A stretch of 38,538 nucleotides of DNA, taken from IMG/VR virus record IMGVR_UViG_3300020045_017512, positions 1 through 38,538 of that record. The stretch is one strand, 5' to 3'. The translations under genes were made by a program, and so were the position numbers. Below the pieces are notes generated by a model that was not told the origin of the DNA, did not search any database, and saw only the letters and a list, made by a program, of their open reading frames with translations. The stretch's first letter is position 1, and every line of letters begins with the position of its first letter. Source of the DNA: a virus (taxonomy: Duplodnaviria; Caudoviricetes). Positions 22,600 through 33,820 of the stretch are shown in pieces.

Positions 22600-24705
22600 T
22601 TAAAGTTGAGTTATAGTTGAAGCTCAATCATCTAGAATAACATTATAACTTATTGTAAACTCTGTAGTAGATGAAAAAGAAGTATTTGAATTCATATTTA
22701 ATTGAATACTTGATCACGTATTTGTAATACTAAAATTATCACTTAATGTTCAAGCTGTTACTATTGTTGTTTCAGCTGTACTTACTTCATTACTTGCAGA
22801 AGTTACAGTTCAAGCTTTATTTATAGCACTAAATTTATATAATCATGTATGAGCTTGAAAATCTGTTCAATCAGTACATTTAATTGTATAATCAATAGAT
22901 CATCCTAACATAGTTGATACTGGAACAGTTATATCTAAGAATCAAGTAACTGTATTATCTACTAAAGTTTTCTTTCAAGAGATTCTCTTAGTTTCAAAGA
23001 AATTAGAATTTCGACTTCTTACCCAAGAATTAGTAGCAATACAAGTATATGTATGATTTCAATCTACTATAATAGTTCATTTAATTCAAGTTGAAGTAGG
23101 TGTAGCAGGAGCAGTTCATACTAATCAATTTAAAGTAATAGAAGTATTAGATGTATTTCAAAGTATAATTTCATTATCTCAAGTTACTACAGCTCAATCT
23201 CAGATTGCAATACTATTTGAAAAATTTCAAGTAGCTCAAGCATTATTTCAAATAAATGTATTATTATGACCTGACCAAACTAAATTTCAAGCGTAAGCTC
23301 AAATTAAAGTATTTCAATATCAAGTTGTAAGATATTGTGCAACAGATGTTCAAATTAAAGTATTATAAGTACCTGTAGAAATATCATCTCAAAGAGTATC
23401 TCAAAGTAATATATTTCAAATTCTACTATTTTTTCATCTTCCGATTCTAACTGTATTAAAGTATCAATCTAATGAAAAAGTTTTAATTCCTCAAATAGTT
23501 TGATTTGTATCTGTTGTTACCATATTAACTGGAGCTCAACCTCATACTATAGATAGATTTCAAATTGTTCAAGTATATTTAAATATATATAATGTAGATG
23601 AATCATGTGCTGGATAAACAAACGTTCACATTCAAGCAGCATCAAATCATCTTATAAATGTTAATAAATGAGTAGTTGGAGACATAACATAAAATCCATT
23701 TTCAGATGTAGTAGTTTGATTTGCTACATATACTAAAGCATAATCAGAAACAGCAATTCATCTAATAGTTTGTCAAGTTCAAAATGTAGCTAAATTTAAA
23801 TTAGTATCTGTTATATGAGGAATTCATACAAATCATTTATCTAAAATAGTAACTACTTCATCTACAGGAAAATTAGGATTAGCTAAAACTACTGCAGGTT
23901 TATTTTCAGGTCATACTCATACTAAAGATCATACATTAGCAGATCCAGGTCATTGAAATTGTGTTAAAGTAAAATTTTCTGTTGATGTAGGAACAACTGA
24001 TACTGGAACAGGAATTAAAGTTCTAACTGGATTAGCTCCTCAAAACTGAAATTCATATACTGGAAAGATAGCTCAAGTTCAAAGTACATTAGCATAATAT
24101 TTAATTACTAATCTATCTGTAGATAAAAAAGTTCAATCATTTACCATACAAGATGCAAGAAATTGTTCATATCAAGTACTTTCAACTTGTGGTGTTACAC
24201 TTGAAGTACAAATTAACGTTTCAGTTCAAATATTATCTCTTTTATATATTTCAAAATAGAATTCAGCAAATCTTCAAGGAGATCAACTTATTTTTTTAAT
24301 ATTTCATAAAGTAGTTAGTGTAACAATTCAAGGATTTCAAATAAGTATATTTGAATCACTAATTAAAGATCAAACTAGTTGATTACTTCATATAATTTCT
24401 CCAGTTGAAACATCAACAGGAATAGTATTATAATCAATACTATCAATATCTGTAACTAATTTAGTATATCAGAAATCTCAACTACTTGTAGTTGAATATA
24501 AAACTATATTAGAAGACATACTAGAAATATCTACTTTTTCATCTAATAAAATATTAGTTTCATCTTTTGTATAAGTAGTATCTTGATTAGCTTTTCAAGA
24601 AAGAATAGTATCTAAACTTACTCCTTCATCATTTGTAATCTCTACTGTTTTATTATTTACTTCATCTAAATTATTAGATAAAGGATTAAATTTAAATTTA
24701 GACAT
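22600..24705 (-). CDS. Multi-domain fibre protein in the head module (701 aa)
   Basis: Fully translated: FNPLSNNLD, KANQDTTYTKDET, VANQTTTSENGFY, TNQTIGGIKTFS, NTLIG/NSIAIG beta-roll repeats and PATPTSTGIKG...YTCIATNSWVR. Confidence 0.8.
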
Positions 24706-24713
24706 TTTTCTTT

Positions 24714-25046
24714 TTAATTATAAGTTAAACTTTTTACTGTAGTTTCATCTCATAAATTTGTAAAAGTTCCTCAAGATGCCCAAGTTTTACTAATAAAATT
24801 TCAAGCTTTATCCTCAGTTACTAAGAAACATCTCCATTTAGATTCAGTTACTAGTGTTCATACATCTGCTTCAGCAAAATATGAAAAGTTATATGTAAGA
24901 TCAGTAGTATCATAGTAAGCTAACATTGTATATGGTGTACTAGTAGCACTTCAACCTCAGATTTTACTTCCATCTGGATTTAAAACACTTAAACCATATC
25001 TAATAGTAGATACTCATTTCTCCTGAACAATCAATTCATTAAACAT
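24714..25046 (-). CDS. Small virion structural protein (110 aa)
   Basis: YFAEADVG...SKWRCF...KTWASG...SLTYN, a pattern seen in small genes preceding fibre genes. Confidence 0.6.
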
Positions 25047-25051
25047 AATGA

Positions 25052-25399
25052 TTATTTGTTAGATTTTAAAATTTTTTTTACTTCTTTAGTAGATTTAACT
25101 ACTGGTTTAGTAACTTTATTTACAACTTCTTTAGATTTAATTTCTAAAATAGGTTGTTCTACTATTTCTTTAACTTCTTCTACTTTATTAGTAGATTCTT
25201 CTAAAATTATAGTATCCTCTTTTACTTCTTCTTGTTTATCTTCTTTATCTACTATTTCTTTATTTAATCAAAGAAATTTTAAAGTAGATTCTCATAAAGT
25301 AGAAATATCAAGATCTAAGTATCATAAACGATTAAATTTTATAAAAGAATTAGTTTCCTTTATAAAAATCTCATTTCATGGTTGTCACTTAATTCTCAT
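25052..25399 (-). CDS. Hypothetical protein with Glu/Lys-rich low-complexity tail (115 aa)
   Basis: Code-25 ORF after the capsid gene, with its own class-2 promoter at 25456-25465. Confidence 0.7.
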
Positions 25400-25472
25400 A
25401 ATATAAATAAATTAGTTATAAATTAAAGTATAATTTACATTTACTTTATAGTTTTTATTATATACAAAAAAA

Positions 25473-25500
25473 AGATTAAAGAACATATATTCTTTAATCT
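25473..25500 (-). terminator. Terminator after the major capsid gene
   Basis: AGATTAAAGAA/TTCTTTAATCT stem with a minus-strand T-run. Confidence 0.7.
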
Positions 25501-25531
25501 CTTCTTGTTTTTTAATCTCTTTGTTTTACTA

Positions 25532-26662
25532 TTATATAGCAAGATCAGTTATCATTACAGCAGTTTCAGCATTTTTAAACTCAAGAGTTTTTTCTCAAAT
25601 AATTCTTCTTGCGTAATAATCTCAACCTGGAAGAGTAGCATCTTCATCTGTAAAAGGTCTAAGATCCTTAATTGAAAGTTTAGAACTATCAATTATAATA
25701 ACCTTATCTTTTGGAAAGTTTCTATCAGATACAAGAGTTAATAGATTTCCAAGATCACCTCTATATTCAGATATAAATACTCATCTTGTTCTCTCTGATT
25801 GTGAAGCATTTACTTCAGCAACTGAAAACCCAGTTCAAGCAACTTTTCTTAATTGATCAGGATGTCCAATAACCATATCTAGATTAGTAGCACCATTTGC
25901 ATTTGCAGTAGATAATGCAGTATTTAAAAATGATCAACTAATTGCATTTCAAGTAGCAGAAAGTTTATTTCAAGTAGCTTTATTTAAAAAGTATAGAATT
26001 CAACCAAATGTTCCATTTTCTGTAGCACTTCTTGCAACTCTCTTACCATATATTAAAGCTCTTACCATTTCGTATGCGATTTCAAGTAAACCATTCTTAA
26101 CTTGGTATCCAATAGCATCATTTAATCCATATATTTTAATAGCCTGTGCAGTTTTAGAAACTTTAGCAGTATAATCAAATATTTGTGTATAGTTAAAGTT
26201 CATACTAGGTTCTCTTCCATCAGAAGCAGAAGCATCAGTACCTTCCTTTTTAGGTGAACTTACTAATTTTACTAGTGAAGCAGTAGCTAAGTTTTCATCA
26301 ACTGAATCATCTCAATATACACTTACAGTTATATCTGTTCCATCAACTATACTTAAAACTTTTACAGTTAAAGTAGAAGAAGCACCAGTAGGTTTATCAA
26401 ATGTAAGGATTGTATTTACAGTTAATCCTGCAGTACTTACTAGAGTCATTACTCCAGAAGCAGCAACATAATCAGCATCAAGTGTCCATGATTTTGGAGA
26501 AACAATATCTTCCATCCATTCATGTTTAGTAGCAGTAGCTCTTGTTCCATCAACTTTAATTAGTTTACTAAGTACAGGAGAACTTTTTGTAACAGTTGTA
26601 AATATTTCATTTACATCTCTTACTTGATTTTGATAATCATAACTCATTTCTTTATCGTTCAT
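25532..26662 (-). CDS. Major capsid protein, DUF5309/SU10-like (376 aa)
   Basis: Joins two track ORFs through TGA; ATATKHEWMED, NYTQIFDYTAKVSKTAQAI, GDYYARRIIGEKTLEFKN. Confidence 0.92.
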
Positions 26663-26696
26663 AATTTGTGTTATTTTTAATAATAAATTTTTTAGA

Positions 26697-27281
26697 TTAT
26701 TTTATTCTAGGAGCATACTTTAACATTCAATCAATATCTCAAGCAGCTTTAGCTTTTTCATAATCTGATACATTTAGTTTTCTTCCTTCTTCCGTTGGAT
26801 TATTACTAAAGTCTGGTTTTTTTAGAGTCTCACCTAGTGTTTTATAGAAGTTAACTTTCTTTTCTAATGATAAATCACTTAATATTGATTCATATTTAGA
26901 TTTTATATCTGCTGATATAGTAGATTCAAGTTGTTCTAATTCACTTTTTAGACTATTTTCTTTTTGTATTTCATAAGCATCATATAAATCAGCTTTAACT
27001 TTAAGTTGAGTAATTAAATCTTCTTTTGACTTGATAACATCTAAATGTTGTCATTTCTCAAGTTTCTTTTTTTCCTCAATAGCTAATTCAGCAGCTTCAT
27101 ACTTTGCTATTTTATCATTTAATTCTTTAGTTCTTTGTCTTTCTTGAGTTAAAGCAATACTTAAATCACCTTTCTTTTTAGCTTCATCAGAAATTTTACT
27201 TTCATCTGTTACGATAGTAGTATCTCAAGCAACTTGTGTTTCCTTTACAGGATCTACAATGACATTTTCTTTTTCATCCAT
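26697..27281 (-). CDS. Capsid scaffolding protein (194 aa)
   Basis: Charged coiled-coil directly upstream of the capsid gene; ends YEKAKAAGDIDGMLKYAP. Confidence 0.82.
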
Positions 27282-27408
27282 TTTAACGTAAATGTTACGA
27301 AGTAAATAATTTTTACCATTATAAGTTAACGAGCTATAACGATCTCGAATTTAATATTTTTATTTCTTTATCAATCCCTCCACGGCTTTTAATAAATAGT
27401 GACAAATA

Positions 27409-27582
27409 TTAAATAACTCAAAATAATTTTAATATTCAACAAGTTCAAGCTAAAGTATAAAGTAAAATATTACTATATACAAAAAGTTTTACATATCATG
27501 AAGAATCTAATCTATCATAAGTATTAACTACTCATCATTTAATATTTTCATACATTTTTGTAATACTAATTTCTCTTGCCAT
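27409..27582 (-). CDS. Small membrane protein (57 aa)
   Basis: Hydrophobic C-terminus; class-2 promoter at 27642-27651. Confidence 0.55.
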
Positions 27583-27682
27583 TTAGTTGTAATTAAAAGA
27601 TTTAGAGATGTTAAATATATTACTATATTTCTACATATTTTTATTATATACAATAAGTAGAAATATAGTAATTTTTCTTACT

Positions 27683-29263
27683 TTAACTAACTATATCTGA
27701 ATAATTCATACTTTCTGACATATTATATTCTCAAGTTGTCATTGATCATAAAGTTCACTCTATATTCATTTCTTCTTGATCTATTACTGGAAGATTTTTT
27801 TTAATATTATCTTTAGCAATTTCTAATTCAATATCATCATCAGTTTTTTCACTATCTACTTTTATTTGTGCTTCAGCTTTAGCATTTGCTTTAGCTAATT
27901 CACTTTTTCGTAATTGTTCTAAATCTTTTTGTTTATCTAATTCAATTTGTAACTCTTCTTCAACTAATTCTTCATCAGATAGTTTTAAATATCTTTTTAA
28001 TGCTGTTTTTCTTGAGATCAATCTCATTTTTCAATATGTCATAAATACTTCTTCAGCTAATACTTTATCAGATTTAACTATAATATCCTCCCAAACATAT
28101 AATTTATTGATACTTCAGTTTTCATTTTCTATTATATCTAAAAGTTGTTCTAATACTTCGTCAAATAATTCTCTTATTCAAGTTATTGTTTTTACAAAAT
28201 TTCAATGTAACATAGCTCTTGAATCCTCTCATATAGATCATACTCTTTCATTTCAAGCAAGAAAATCTAATGGAATTCAAGTGATTGAACTAATTTCTTC
28301 TAATTGATGTAATCTTTGACTAACTGCATCTATTATTAAAGGATTAACATTATTTATAAATTCAATACTTGATTGATCATTACCTGTAATTATTCTTCAA
28401 ATTGAACTTAATGATATTTTCTCTCATTCTTCTTTTATTTTTAGTAATTTTAATGGAAGATCAATATTTTTTAATAATAGTAAAGATTCAATATGTTGTA
28501 AAAACTGTGTTTCAAACATTACTTCTTTTCTATCAATTGAATATACTAAATCTTTAATTTTTTCAATTAAAGATCTTTCAGGATATAACTTACTTTCTCT
28601 TATAATAAAGAATGTTTGAGATAATCAAGTATCTACTATAGGTTGTAATCAATCAGTTTGTACTAAAGTATTTAATGGAACTTCAGTAGCATTTTCTAAA
28701 GCATTAAATTCTCACATATTTCTTCAAATATGTTTAGATTGAATTTCAACTCTAAATAGTTTATTCTCAATTATTGATCATTTATATGATCTTTGTAAAA
28801 AATATTCTTCAATTCATCCATTTTCATCAAATCTTTCATAAAAACTTAATACATTATACTTTCAATCTCTTTCATAAAAATTATGAGCTGGAAGATAATT
28901 TACTTTAATTTTTCAATTGATTCTTTCAAGATCAAATATAGCAAATCATAATGTTATATAATCTCTTACTAACTTCTTAGTTGGAAAGTATGTATCTATT
29001 CAAGGATCTCATACATACTTTGCTATTGTTTCTGATACCATTGTAAATACTCAACTTCATACATTTAAAAGTTGTGCTTTAGTAAATGTATCACTTTCAT
29101 ATCTATCATTTCAAGGTATTATATCAAGTCAATCTTCCTTAAAAAATTTATTTCTTATATACAAAAAATTAGAATTCTTTGTATCATGTAAGTATTCTCA
29201 AGTTATTAGTTCATTCAATCTTGTTTGATATGCTACTTTAGCTTGATCTTCTCTTAATATCAT
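27683..29263 (-). CDS. Portal protein, SPP1/A118-like (526 aa)
   Basis: Downstream of TerL; TGIPLDFL and LISRKTALKRY; includes track ORF 27755-28027 in frame. Confidence 0.88.
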
Positions 29264-29315
29264 ATTTTATTTAATTTAATACTAAATATATATCTTTATT
29301 ATATACAGATTTTAT

Positions 29316-30959
29316 TTAACAGTTAAAAGATCTTGACTGTTTATTCATATATAAACAAATAGCTTCTGCTATTACTAAATCATCAAATTTTCCAGATAAA
29401 GCATTAGTTGATCCACTATCATCATAATAATAATTTACAAAATCATCTTTTTCTCTTTTATCTAGAATATCAAATTTATTTTCTCTAATAGCTTTTTCTA
29501 AATTTCAAATAATTAACTGTTTACTTTTTCAAGTTGTTGAAAATCAATATTTTCTTTTTGTTTTATTTGTAATTGTATCAACTTCTTTTTCTTTATATAG
29601 TAATCAATGCCAATACATTGTTTTAGCTACATCAATTGTTGAAATTCAAGTATTATTACTTTCTATTCATATTAAAATCTTTTCATATCATAGTTTATCG
29701 ACTATATAGTCAATTACTAATGCTAAAGTATCTGGTGGTATTCTACTTTGATAACATAAACATAATCTATCTTGATCATCTCTTACTACTATTGTTGAAA
29801 AATCTCATTTAGGTCATCATTTAGCAGTATCAACTCACATTGAATAATAATCTTTTCTATTTCAAGGTCTATAGATTCTCATATCTTTATATCTTGAATC
29901 AATTATATATTTTCATTCTGAAAATATCTTTTTTCAATCTATTTCTTGAATTTCTTTACTTGAAGCTTCTTCAACTTCTTTATAAGTTAAAATTTGATTA
30001 GAATCAAATACTGGATTTCAACTTCTAATATTTGGAATTAACATATAGTTTGATAAATATCAATCTTCTTCTTCCTCTCTTTTAATACTTTCTAATGATA
30101 TTTTAGTTATTCACTTTTCTTTATATTCTTTTTCTTCTTGATCTGTTAATACGTATCTATTCCAAGTTATTTTTCAATTTTCAATTACAGGTATTCTAGA
30201 ATAATACCACTTAGGATTAAATTTAACTTGTGCTTCTTGTCTAGGTACTAGTCAATCATTTCAAATTATATTTCATAAAAATATAACTTGAGCATTAGCA
30301 GTTAAAGCTCAAAATATTTCTTTTTTTAAGATATCAAAATTTCAATCAATTACATCTTTATTTCTAACTGAAGTTGTTACATCAACATCATCTAATACTA
30401 AAAAATCTGGTCTAAAAGATCATTCTTGATTCGAATAGTTAGCTCATCTTAAAGATCCTGTAATTCATAAAGATTTAACTTTAATTTTATTAGTTGTAAT
30501 AAATTCTCATAATCATTTCTGTACTATATCTTCATCTTCTAATTTTTTTCAGGTTGGAAAAAGTTTTCAAAAGTCTTCTATTAAACGTTTATTTGTTTTT
30601 AATTGTGATACAACATCTCATAATCTTTCTCTTGCTTTCGTTTCTGTAAAAGCAAAAATAATTAAATGATGTCTCTTTTTATAAACAATAGACCATATTA
30701 TAAGCATCATAGTATAATTCCGTTTTCAACTTCATCTATGACCAATAATCATACTTTTCTTTCATTTTCTCATATTTTCACACCATTCTTTATGATACGA
30801 TGAGACTTCGTCAGTTAAAATAATATTAAAATAGTATTTACAAAATGAAAAGAAAGCTTCTGAAAAATATTGCTTTCTAAATTTCTGATCTTCTACTATT
30901 CTTTTAGCTACTTCTTTCTTTTTTAAAGGATCTATAATTTGATATACTTCTCTAAACAT
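29316..30959 (-). CDS. terL: Terminase large subunit (547 aa)
   Basis: Walker A GHRGSGK, Walker B RPDFLVLDD, FLGN, nuclease MGVDTAKGG..GDFS, IESNNTG and GKFDDLVIA. Confidence 0.95.
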
Positions 30960-31669
30960 GTGTTAATTATTACGTAATAAATTTAGCGTGTTTTACGATA
31001 CACGATTAACATTTTGTTTTGTTATTTTATATTATATACGATTTTATATAAGATTGAGAAGAGAAATAGAAGAGATCTTTAATTTAAGAAATAGAAGAAT
31101 AAAACAAGAAAAATATAGAAGTATTTAAAGAAGATATTTTAAAGAAAAGAGAAAGAAATAGTAAAGTACCTTGTAGATAAGTAATAGAGTAGTAAAGAAA
31201 GAGTAATTTGACTTTTAAAAATTCTATACTTTGTTCAAGTGGATCTGAGAAATTTCTACAAAAAACTCAGTATGAACTCAAATTAACTTTTCATTTTCTT
31301 CTTATCTCATCTACTCGTCTCACTAACGTTCGACTCGAATCTCAAACTATATCTTTATAGTATATCTCTTCTTTTTCTTTGATCTTTCTTTTATATCTTT
31401 ATAGTAATCGAAGAAGTTCGAACGAAACGAAGTGTAGTGAGAACTGTATAATAGTATAAGTTTAGAAATTGTCTAGATAAAGTGTAGACTATTTACTCTT
31501 GATTAAAGTCTTAAATATGTTTTAATTTACTTTAGAATAAAAGTCTAGTGTTTATGTTATCTTTTTATTTTCTTAGTTTTCTTATAGATCTAAAAAAAAG
31601 AAATGTTTAAATAAAATTGTAATATAAAGATAATAATCTTTATAATTTATATAATAATTTATACATACT

Positions 31670-32248
31670 ATGACAAATAAAGAAAAAGAAGTAATTGATA
31701 ACTTATCTATACTTAGAGAAGAAGCTAAGAATGGTTTACTTAGAGATAAGATAGTTAAAGAAGTTAAGAATGATAATTTTATACGTGAAATTGAACCTAT
31801 TACTGAAGTTAAAAATTGAGTTGAAGTTTTATCTACTATAGATCAGAATCTTATTTCTACTGAAATAGTAGAAATTGATTGAGTTTTTTATCCAGTTTTA
31901 TTTTATAATTGAATTGTAGCTTCTACAATTAGACTTCTTGATTGAACACTATATACAAAAGAATATATTACTAAAATAGTAGAAAAACAAAAAGAATTTA
32001 AAGAAAGGTTAAAAGAAGAAATAAAAGAGTTTGAAAAAAGTTTTACTTGAGAAGCAAGAGAATATAAGAATAGATTAAATTTAGAAGTTGAATTGATTAG
32101 TAAATTATGATACTCTCAGTTTTCTGATTTAAAAAGAGATTGAGTTTTAGAAAAATATGAAGAACTTTGTAATTTTTGAGATGAATCTTTCGATGAAATT
32201 GATTCTGCTATTAACTTTATTGAAATAAATAATTTAGTTATAGTTTAA
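31670..32248 (+). CDS. Hypothetical protein (192 aa), the only plus-strand gene found
   Basis: Open in code 25, with a class-1 promoter on the plus strand at 31591-31620 and a terminator at 32268-32293. Confidence 0.85.
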
Positions 32249-32267
32249 GAAATAAAAGAGTACCTTG

Positions 32268-32293
32268 AGAGTATACAGTAATATGTATACTCT
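32268..32293 (+). terminator. Terminator of the plus-strand gene
   Basis: AGAGTATACA/TGTATACTCT stem followed by a T-run. Confidence 0.7.
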
Positions 32294-32294
32294 T

Positions 32295-32346
32295 TTTAGT
32301 AATCAAATGACAGTTATAGACATATAATTGTCATTTGATTACTAAA
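32295..32346. repeat. 52-bp near-perfect palindrome
   Basis: TTTAGTAATCAAATGACAGTTATA-GACA-TATAATTGTCATTTGATTACTAAA: 24-bp arms with one mismatch. Confidence 0.95.
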
Positions 32347-33009
32347 CGTATTCTCTATACTGTAACACAAAGTGTTTTAGTAATCTTAATAGTCTTTTAG
32401 TTTGAGATCTTTCTCTTAACATATGAAGAGAGATTTTGATCTCTTATTTCTTTCATCATTTTTCTATTTGAGACATGTGTAAAAAAATTGAGAATATAGT
32501 GATAGACTTATTTCTTCTTTTTTCTATCATTCAGTTCTCACTTCACTAACGCTTCATTCGAACTTTTTTTTTCATTCTTTCATCATTTCTTTCCTTTTTC
32601 TTCGATCTTTCTTTGATGAACTTTGTGAATCTTTTCTTCTTTCGAACATAGTGAGCAACTCGAGAGAACTTTGTGATCGAGAGTTGTTTCTTCTTTTAAT
32701 TTTTTATTCATCTTTCTTTTCTCTTTCTCTTTTTCAGAGTTTACAGTAGATAAACAAGAGATTCTTTCGGAGAACTTGAGTTCGACACCTTGAAATTTTC
32801 TTTTTTCTAGAGATGAGACAGTACTTTTAAGAGTAAGTTGATTAAATAAAAAGATATACTTTAATATATCTTTTTTTACAAGGTACTTTCCTATTTTTCT
32901 CTCTTTTTTCTTAGATTAGAAAAACTTATTTAAATGAGTTTTAACAATAGATAGTATATTTACTTATAACTAATATTAGAATAAATCAATCTCTTTAGAA
33001 TCAATTGAT

Positions 33010-33231
33010 TTATATACTTAGATCTTGTTTATAAAGAGATATACTATCTAAATACTTTTTAGATTTATAATCTGGAACATTATAATATTTTAACCAGTTA
33101 TCACTAGATACTTCATCAGCTTCTTTACGAGTTTTATAATAGTAACATTTCTTAGTTAGATTACATCGTATTTTATATAATGTACAATATTTTAATTTTA
33201 AAGTAACAGTATTAAAATCATGATTTTTCAT
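33010..33231 (-). CDS. Hypothetical protein (73 aa)
   Basis: Present in the ORF track; downstream of the 33298-33520 repeat. Confidence 0.55.
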   Translation of the reverse strand: MKNHDFNTVTLKLKYCTLYKIRCNLTKKCYYYKTRKEADEVSSDNWLKYYNVPDYKSKKYLDSISLYKQDLSI

Positions 33232-33529
33232 AATTAGTATTTATAAAATATTTAAAATTAGTAATTTATATTTAAAAGATAAATCTTAATCCATCTATTA
33301 AAATATGAAATTTAAAATGAAACTTTTAATTTAAAAGAATAATTACTATTAAAGAAGAAAATAAATAAAGTAGATATATGAATTAAATAAAATGAAAGAA
33401 AGATGAAAAATATATTTTTCTATTATAATTTATATATATTGAAAACTGAAGCGAAACACGAACAAAATCTTTTACTTTAGATTGATTATTTTAGAATTTA
33501 TTGTATAATTAGACAAAATAAAACGCTAA

Positions 33530-33820
33530 AAAAGTATAACTTGTCTTACTATTCAGTAGTTACAGAGGTTATACTTTTAGATTTTTATTCAGAATCTAGC
33601 AAAACTGATTACTCTACATAGAAAATTTACTTACGATCTCAAGAGATACATACTTAGTGAAATTAGCAAAACTATAGTGAAAGATTTTTTTAACTTAGAT
33701 AAAACCAGTAAAACTGTTGTAGAGGATTATGTTCATCAGTACAATAATCAAAACTATCAACTCGAGTGTTGTAAACAGGATGTCATCTTAGACTTGTATA
33801 CATTACTACCTGTTACATTT
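33530..33820 (-). ncRNA. Candidate structured non-coding RNA (about 290 nt)
   Basis: Lies between a class-2 promoter (33824-33833) and a terminator hairpin (33530-33578); several stems, five GTTTT linkers and no convincing ORF. Confidence 0.5.

Noticed and set aside
5591-23735. Diversity-generating retroelement (TR/VR pair) between the two fibre genes
   Set aside because: There is no reverse transcriptase, both copies are coding, and the differences are not adenine-specific.
27375-27386. GGAGG as the Shine-Dalgarno site for the scaffold gene
   Set aside because: It lies about 100 nt upstream of the ATG, too far for a canonical SD, and the function of this GC-rich island is unresolved.
5286-28307. 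Plus-strand track ORFs 5286-5495, 9861-10061, 14861-15124, 25056-25406 and 28107-28307
   Set aside because: They are antisense shadows of well-supported minus-strand code-25 genes.
33733-33739. Hammerhead ribozyme (minus-strand CUGAUGA)
   Set aside because: I found no matching GAAA core or three-way junction, and the heptamer sits in a simple hairpin loop.
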